A DNA stretch of 62,961 bases, filler included, from Thraustochytrium aureum (taxonomy: Eukaryota), in the NCBI GenBank assembly GCA_012862495.1. It is 6 parts of 2 records of this genome, joined end to end, with 100 filler letters (N's around TTAATTAATTAA, not from the genome) between each part and the next. Parts side by side here need not be neighbours in the genome. Positions count along the whole stretch, not along the records: positions 53,498 to 57,813 come from BLSG01000086.1; positions 57,914 to 61,541 come from BLSG01000086.1; positions 61,642 to 62,961 come from BLSG01000086.1; 3 more parts are not named here. One strand, written 5' to 3'. The number at the start of each line of letters is the position of its first letter. Position 1 is the first letter of the stretch. Made by a program: the position numbers and the translations under genes. Under the pieces are notes generated by a model. That model was given only the letters and a program-made list of their open reading frames with translations. It was not told the DNA's origin and did not search any database. This document shows, in pieces, positions 56,137-62,961 of the stretch.

Positions 56137-57813
56137 ATGGTGTTCGACTCGACGAGCAACTCCGTCAAGCGCGGGGTCAAAGCCCTCCGCAGGTCGCTGC
56201 GGCTGCAACGCGTCCCCAGCGACGCAGTCCCGACAGCTGTCATCGTCCAGGCAGAGAGCGCTCCATCGGGGCATGGGGATGGCGGCGTCCTCACGGCGCT
56301 CGAGGTCGAGGACGAGCAGCCAATGACTCGCGGCGCCCTCGTCCGAGCACGCAGTATGCACTTTACGCACGGCGACCTCGCACTGAGCCAAAGTGGTGAT
56401 GGCCCAATGTCCGCGGGCCTCTACCCTTTCCTGGACGGAATGGCCGAGGATGAGCCGTCGTCGCTGCTGGCGTCGAGCGCGTCCAGGGACGACCGCCATC
56501 CAGTTCCGCACTACCCCTCGCTAACCGCCCTCGTCCCAGAGCCTGCGCAGGCCGTGGCCAAGCGCGCGAGTGACTACAACTTTACGGCCACCACGACCGT
56601 GAGCCGCGGCCGGCCGCAGCAGACCGCCGTGACTGTGATGACGCACCCCTATCTCAAATACACGTTGGAGACATACCTGGTCAACCCTGGGAAAATCGAG
56701 CTCTTGTGCGATCTGTTGACCCTCGCCAGCCGCGGCCAGGCGCGCTTCGAGAGCGGCTGGTTCACGCTCCGCTGCAACACGTGGACCGCTAACGGCAAGA
56801 AGGCAGTTTTGCGCGACCTGCGCCTGGACGGAATGCTGAACGAGCCGATGCGCTTTGCCAACACGAGAGCTTTCGACGATGTGCTGACTGACTTGTATTC
56901 GGCAGCGATGCGCCGCGCCGACTGGCCCTCGCGCGAGACGGACCAGGCCGCGCGCGCTCTCGATCTGAGCGAGCCGCCCACGATCGTGCTCAACATCGGC
57001 TGCCGCGGCGTCGCGAACATCGCGAACAGGGCTGCAGAGCTCTACGTTCTGGAGGGCAGCCCGGACCTGACACCTGCGCTCGTCAACAGTAGCGCATCGC
57101 AGCTGGTGGCGCTCGCGGTCCGCGCTGTGAAGACGCTCCTGTGGGCCACGCTGCATCCCTCGTGGGTGCCTGTTGCAGGACTAGGCGCGGCGTTAGGGCG
57201 GCAGCACGACGCGCTCGGCGTCTACCCGAGCAAGAACAGGCTCCCGGTGGTCCTCAAGAGCCGGGGGGAGGAGAAAAAGTACGAGATAGCCTCAGATCCG
57301 CCGCGCACCACGCTCGAGGGGTTGCTTTTGCGCGAGTCGCTCTACAGGGCGGATGCTGACGAGATGTTACGCGATGGCGTTTCTCTCTGCGGTAACGGCC
57401 TGGTGCTCTACAGCGCGCACTTCGTGGAGATGGCCAGTGGGGAGCGCGCAGTCCCGCCCGAGCGCAACCCCGCCCTGGCGGTGGCGATGCTTTTCCAGAT
57501 TCCGCTGCCCATCGACCGTTTGGGCATCCTGCTCGACCCCCAAGTGCGGGTCACGGTGACCGACCACCTGCCTGTGCTTGAGCGCGCAGCGCTGCGCCAG
57601 ATCCAGCCGGCGGCTCCAATCCGACTCTCGCGGGACGCGTTCCTCAAGGGGAAAGCCTCGGGGATGAACGCCTTGCTGCTCGCCAGCGCCAACGAGGCGC
57701 TGGCGCGCGCCGAGTGGTGCCGCTCGATCCAGCTGATTTGGGACGGGTCGCTCGAAGCGACTGCCGCCCTCGCCGCGTTCATATGCCTTGGGCCAGACAC
57801 GTTTTCGCTCGCG
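56137..57813 (+). CDS. Hypothetical protein, more than 550 aa, 3' truncated
   Basis: Long uninterrupted ORF with GC3-rich codons and globular composition; no motif recognised. Confidence 0.65.
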
Positions 57814-57913
57814 NNNNNNNNNNNNNNNNNNNNNNNNNNNNNNNNNNNNNNNNNNNNTTAATTAATTAANNNNNNNNNNNNNNNNNNNNNNNNNNNNNNN
57901 NNNNNNNNNNNNN
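57814..57913. other. Artificial contig-joining linker
   Basis: TTAATTAATTAA at 57858-57869 within Ns. Confidence 0.95.
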
Positions 57914-57915
57914 CG

Positions 57916-58569
57916 TCCGCGCGAGAGAGCGGCGCCAGCGGCAAACGACCTGCTCGCCGCTCGTCCCTGGGAAGGCCCTCCAAAGCCTCGAGCAAAAGTG
58001 GTGCCTCGGCTGCTTTGGCGTCTGCGGGCGGCGAGAAAGCCTCGGAGCGCCCCCAGTTGTCCGACTTTATCATGTGCGCTCTGGTCTCCCTTTTCGTATG
58101 CCCTCTGGGGAGCTGGGCGGCAATGAGGCTGGCCTACCTCAAGGGCGTGCTCGAGTTTACACGGCTTGCCGAAGAAGCCTTTCGCTTGCGAAAAACCAGC
58201 GCGATCGGGTCCGGCGCGCTTCAGCCCAGCAAGCGTGGCGAGGCACTGAGCGGGGACTTGCCGATGTTTGCGCGAATCAAGCCGGCGCTCGTTGCTTACG
58301 GGATAATCAACGAGTTGCACAAGCAGATCGACCTCGCCGCTAGAGGTGGGCGATCGGATTCTGGGGCCCATGCCCAGGAGTCCCCGCTGCAGGCTTGGCT
58401 TCGCGACGAGGCTCGTGCTGTTGAGAGCATGGAGAGCGTGCACCGTTATTTTGAGAGCTCGCTCGCGAGTGCCGACGACCTCGACAAGCTCTTGGTTGCC
58501 ATCGATGCTGACGTTGCGGTCGACAAGCCCTTTCTCGAGGACCACGCGCTCGCGCTTCTCATGCAGTAG
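57916..58569 (+). CDS. UBR4: C-terminal fragment resembling E3 ligase UBR4/BIG/p600
   Basis: Frame is open from the linker. ALVSLFVCPLGSWAAMRLAYLKGVL, IKPALVAYGIINELH and LQAWLRD...YFESSLASADDLDKLL follow the recalled pattern of the UBR4/BIG extreme C-terminus. Confidence 0.55.
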   Translation, partial: SARESGASGKRPARRSSLGRPSKASSKSGASAALASAGGEKASERPQLSDFIMCALVSLFVCPLGSWAAMRLAYLKGVLEFTRLAEEAFRLRKTSAIGSGALQPSKRGEALSGDLPMFARIKPALVAYGIINELHKQIDLAARGGRSDSGAHAQESPLQAWLRDEARAVESMESVHRYFESSLASADDLDKLLVAIDADVAVDKPFLEDHALALLMQ

Positions 58570-59948
58570 GCAGCGGCTTGCTCGCTCTCGAGCTCTAGCT
58601 CGAGCTCGAGCTATTTGTAGAGTTGTAGGGTAAGTACTTACGTACTGCAAGAACAGAAACTTTCATTTCGATTGACGACTGCCTCGACCCAGCAGGCCGC
58701 GTTCGCTCCGTAACGACTACTCTATCGCTGTTGTGCCCCCTTGCTTGGCCTCTTTGTGGAGCGGAGCGCCTGGACGGGATCCAATCCAACCCTCACGCGC
58801 TTGAGCAGCGCAAGCCTCTCCCAGCCTGTCGGTCGTCTCGCTGAGACGAACTGTACTCGAGGACAACGAGAAGGAGAACGAGCAAGTGGCATCACGACTC
58901 ATGAGTACGAGCGAGTTTATGAAAAGGTACTCGAGTACTTTGAAAGTTGCGTACTACATAGTGTGCAGCCGTGCATGTGGTGCGGAACTGCCTCCAGGCA
59001 AGGGAACTCGAGGTGTTGCGTGCATTTTGAACAGAACAGAAGGACGAGGCGATACGATGCGACTGTCTCACACCAACCGCGCTTAGCCGCCTGCAAGCAA
59101 CTCGATCCATGCCGATCGCTGAGCAGTTGCGCCGGAGTTCGCGCCCTTCGGGCTGTTAGGCGAGGGCTGTTATGCATGCAGCAGTGTCCAGAATAACCGC
59201 TCAGAGGGCCAGCCCTGCGTCGAAAACCGAGGCACCGTCGGAAGAGCAGAGCTGCAAAACCAAGGCGCGCCGGAAGTGCGTGCAGTTAGCCATGCTGAGG
59301 CCGGCACGGGCGAAAGCAGTCAATAAATCCGCGCGATCAGAGACGCAGCTGAGACCGATTCCGAGTATGGGGCGCGACGACGAGGAATACATCTTGGGCT
59401 TGGCGCCGGCGCCGCCTCGCAGCAGCGCCGGTCCCGCTTTGCACAATGATCCACAGACAGCGAGCCGCGTTGGAGAGGACGTGGGGCTGTGCGCGAATCA
59501 AGCCCCAGGTGCTGGATCGCAAGGCTTTGTGGGTGCGCCTCGCCACGGGATGGGATGGGCCAAACACGCCGGCGCGCCGCAGGGCGCGGACCCTCCAAAC
59601 CTTGCTAGCAATTGGTACCTAAGGNNNNNNNNNNNNNNNNNNNNNNNNNNNNNNNNNNNNNNNNNNNNNNNNNNNNNNNNNNNNNNNNNNNNNNNNNNNN
59701 NNNNNNNNNNNNNNNNNNNNNNNNNNNNNNNNNNNNNNNNNNNNNNNNNNNNNNNNNNNNNNNNNNNNNNNNNNNNNNNNNNNNNNNNNNNNNNNNNNNN
59801 NNNNNNNNNNNNNNNNNNNNNNNNNNNNNNNNNNNNNNNNNNNNNNNNNNNNNNNNNNNNNNNNNNNNNNNNNNNNNNNNNNNNNNNNNNNNNNNNNNNN
59901 NNNNNNNNNNNNNNNNNNNNNNNNNNNNNNNNNNNNNNNNNNNNNNNN

Positions 59949-60862
59949 GCCCAAGCTTTGCCTCTGGCTTCGGTCGGTCGACAGACACGATAGGCTTCGC
60001 TGCACAACACGAGTTCAAAGATGCGTCGACAGAGTATGCAACCGTGCTTTACCGCATCCACGCGCACCACAGCCAGGGCAGCGCAGTCGAGGACGCCGCT
60101 TCCGACGCCGTTATTGCGCATTCGGCGGCTGTTTACCGCGCCTCGCTCTGCCACTTGCAACGCAAGGACGCGGAGCTCGCCGCTCTGCGACGGCAGCTGC
60201 GCGAGCAAAGCCTTGCAGCGTGCAATCTCGCAAGCCGCGTCGAGGCGTGTGGCTGTGCTCTGCTGCACAAGGAGTTTGAGTTGGCTCGCGTTGCTGGCTG
60301 CCTTGGGGCTACGCAAGCCGTTCTCGCCGCCAAAACCCAACAACTGGCGGACAAAACGCGGGTCTCGGAGGAGCGCGAAGCGGCACTAGCAGAAACAGCC
60401 CTCCCTGCGCAACGAGCAGCAGCAGCAGCCCGGCAAGAGGGGCAGGCATCGTCGCCCGGCATGGTGGCCAGGTTGGCCCAAGAGCAACTCGCCGAAAAGG
60501 TGAGTCGGCTCATCGAGCGCGTCGACTCGCTTGGCTCCAACACCGCCGCGCGGGCTGGAGAAGCCGAATTCGCTTCGGGCCCCGAGAGAGGCTGCAAGGA
60601 GCCAGCCCAAGGACGCCCAATCCGCAGCGCGCTCGAGCCAACGGTGGACGCGCGTAGCAGCTGCTGCCTTTGCGACGAGCAGCTCGGGGTCATCCGCAGC
60701 AAGAGTGCTCGAATCGCCGAGCTGGAGGGGTTGGTCCAGCGGTTTGCCAAGGAGTCGAACGAGGCCTTGGGTCTCGCCCGCCAGATTCGGAGAATCGTGC
60801 TTGAAAGCCCCCAGCCGGCCGCCGGGTGGGCTCGTGCGGATCCGGAAGACTCGCTGATGTGA
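59949..60862 (+). CDS. Hypothetical coiled-coil protein, 3' part
   Basis: Open frame from the gap to TGA 60862 with heptad-like LQRKDAELAALRRQLRE and RIAELEGLVQRFAKE. Confidence 0.5.
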
Positions 60863-61541
60863 CGTCAAGCAGAGCGACCGCCGCGTTGCCAATCAGGCAG
60901 GCAAGTACTGAGCTGGTGGTGGTGGTGTGCTGCCGCGCGGACTGGAGGCCGGCCAGTTGCGCAGGCTCCTGCAAGGCCTGGGCAATGAAGCCCGGCCTGA
61001 CCGCGCAGTAGTCGCGTTTCAGGACTTGCCCCAGAAAGATAGCATTCGCGTCGCTCGGACGGACCCTTTTGGACGCGGTCGCATGACCAGATTGTGCCAT
61101 TGTGCCACGGTCGCGTTGCAGTGGACACCCTAACCCATCCAAAACCTCACCCGACTCGCGCACTCATTGAGCGCGCTCTACCTCATGCCATCGCCGCACT
61201 TGCTCCCGCCCTGCCCAAGCCCATCCATCTCAAAATCTCAAAATCTCAATCAAAAAACCCAATTCAACAACAAAAATAATCCAAAACCCAATTGAAAAAC
61301 CCATCCAAATTTCCAAAACCTTGAAACGCTCTCCCCCCAGAGCGCCTCTCAAGAGAGAGAAACCCGCGCACCCAGCCACACAGGCGGGCCCTCCACCCAA
61401 AGACCCCAAGAGGGAAACCCGCACACCCACCCACCCAGAGAGGCCCTCCACCCAAGGCCCCGCTGGGGAACCCACTCGCCCCCTCCGCGCGACAGAAACA
61501 GGGAACCCGCCTGTCGAAACCAGAGCCAGAGCCAGAGCCAG

Positions 61542-61641
61542 NNNNNNNNNNNNNNNNNNNNNNNNNNNNNNNNNNNNNNNNNNNNTTAATTAATTAANNN
61601 NNNNNNNNNNNNNNNNNNNNNNNNNNNNNNNNNNNNNNNNN
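61542..61641. other. Artificial contig-joining linker
   Basis: TTAATTAATTAA at 61586-61597 within Ns. Confidence 0.95.
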
Positions 61642-61812
61642 ACGCGAAAGGCCCTTGCGGGCAGTCCCCTCGTCGAGTTGAAACGGGCGGTGGTCTGGCG
61701 CGCTCTGGCGGCCTTCTTTCCTGCGATTTCGATGTTTTTGCATTGCGAGCTGGATGAGCCGGTGATGGAGAGTTCGCTAACAGAGTCAAATTCGTTGGGT
61801 GAGGAAGGGCGA

Positions 61813-62847
61813 TTACAAAGAGCTGGTGATTTGGCCGGCCATCTTGACGCAGAGGTCTGCCATGCGCATCGAGTAGCCGGCCTCGTTGTCGTACCAGGCG
61901 AGCACCTTGATCATTCGCTTGTCGACCACCATGGTCGACTGCGCGTCCACAATGCTGGAGCGCGTGTCGTTGGTGTAGTCCGTGGAGACGAGCGGGCGCG
62001 TCTCAAATCCAAAAATGTGCGGGTTGGCCTCGGCCGACCGCTTCAGAGCTTGGTTGACGACCTCGACTGTAACGTCCTCAGCAACGACCAGCGTTAGGTC
62101 AGTGATCGATGCGTTCTGCAGGGGCACGCGAATGGCGACGCCGTTGAGCTTGCCCTGAAGATGAGGAAAGATCATGGTGATGGCCTTGGCCGACCCAGTC
62201 GAGGTCGGCGAGAGGTTGAGCATGCCTGCCCTCGCCCGGCGCGGGTCGCTTTTCTTGGTGTTTGCGGCGTCCATGAGCGACTGGGTGTTGGTGATGTTGT
62301 GGATGGTGTTGATGCAGCCGCGCTCGATTTGGAACGCCTCGTCGATGCTCTTGATGACCGGGCCGATGCAGTTGGTCGTGCAACTGGCAGCTGTCACGAG
62401 GCGCTCCTCGGCGGTGACGAGTTGGTCGTTGCAGGACATGACGACGTTGACCGCGTCGGTGACTGGGGCGGAAACAAGAACGCGCTTGACGCCCTTCTCG
62501 AAGTAGACCTGGAGCTTGTTCTTGTCGTTGAACTTGCCAGAGCACTCCATCACGAGGTCCACGCCATAGTCTGCCCACGGGACGAGACCAGGCTCGCCAA
62601 AGTTGGAGTAGGTGATCACTTTGCCGTCAACCGAGAACGAGCTGCCGTCCTCCGCAGTCGTGACGCTCTTGCTGAATTTCCCGTGGATCGAGTCGAACTC
62701 GAGCAGGTAGGCGCAACCGGCGGCATCCGTGTTCTTCTCGTTCACGTGCACGATTTCGACGTTGCAGCCCTCCATCTCGAGCAGGTACCTGGTGGCGAGC
62801 CGCCCGATGCGGCCAAACCCGTTGACGCCCACGCGGATCTTGGTCAT
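61813..62847 (-). CDS. gap: Glyceraldehyde-3-phosphate dehydrogenase, bacterial Gap3/ArsJ-associated type
   Basis: GVNGFGRIGR, catalytic VTAASCTTNC, TIHNITNTQ, RRARA, VPLQNASITD, FETRPLVSTDYTNDTRSSIVDA, WYDNE. GAPDH call is secure; subfamily by motif recall. Confidence 0.93.
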   Translation of the reverse strand: MTKIRVGVNGFGRIGRLATRYLLEMEGCNVEIVHVNEKNTDAAGCAYLLEFDSIHGKFSKSVTTAEDGSSFSVDGKVITYSNFGEPGLVPWADYGVDLVMECSGKFNDKNKLQVYFEKGVKRVLVSAPVTDAVNVVMSCNDQLVTAEERLVTAASCTTNCIGPVIKSIDEAFQIERGCINTIHNITNTQSLMDAANTKKSDPRRARAGMLNLSPTSTGSAKAITMIFPHLQGKLNGVAIRVPLQNASITDLTLVVAEDVTVEVVNQALKRSAEANPHIFGFETRPLVSTDYTNDTRSSIVDAQSTMVVDKRMIKVLAWYDNEAGYSMRMADLCVKMAGQITSSL

Positions 62848-62961
62848 CTTGCCTGGCTCGGACTTGTTGCTACCAACTGGTGTTGCGAACGCCTTTCTTT
62901 GCTGCTTGGGTCTTGGGGTTTGGGGTCTGCTTCGCATCAAGCACTGCCAGTGGTGCACGTC

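Noticed and set aside
61200..61541. A/C-rich strand-skewed tract as a telomere or regulatory element
   Set aside because: There is no regular repeat unit; homopolymer-rich sequence at a contig end resembles a low-quality read tail.
7198..62847. Metalloid-resistance cluster (TPMT plus Gap3-type GAPDH)
   Set aside because: The genes are 54 kb apart and separated by five artificial joins; there is no evidence of linkage.

Overview
GC-rich, gene-dense, intron-poor eukaryotic DNA, most consistent with a stramenopile protist such as a labyrinthulomycete/thraustochytrid (inference from gene set, TxH MAPK, short GTAAGT..CTRAC..CAG introns and microsatellites). It is a rough draft assembly: many N gaps, single-base indels that break otherwise conserved genes, and five artificial 100-bp N-TTAATTAATTAA-N linkers that split the window into six segments whose adjacency is unproven. 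Housekeeping genes recognised: TPMT-family methyltransferase, TOP2, ECI1, cytochrome b5, DDX6/DHH1, FolD, FYVE protein, DAG lipase, tandem-BRCT protein, F-box, UIM-UBX, MAPK, Grx5, Aladin, UPRT, HSF, an NPRL3 N-terminus and a UBR4-like C-terminus. Most notable are: (1) a bacterial Gap3/ArsJ-associated-type GAPDH (possible arsenate detoxification); (2) a double HxGH nucleotidyltransferase-GHMP kinase fusion of bacterial type; (3) a very large modular protein with hevein-like, Cys-rich and lectin-like domains and a toxin-like helical core; (4) a CHASE-domain hybrid histidine kinase with two receivers; (5) a stand-alone aspartokinase-type ACT-ACT protein. All family assignments are by motif recognition; no searches were run. 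No rRNA, tRNA, CRISPR array or recognisable transposase was seen.
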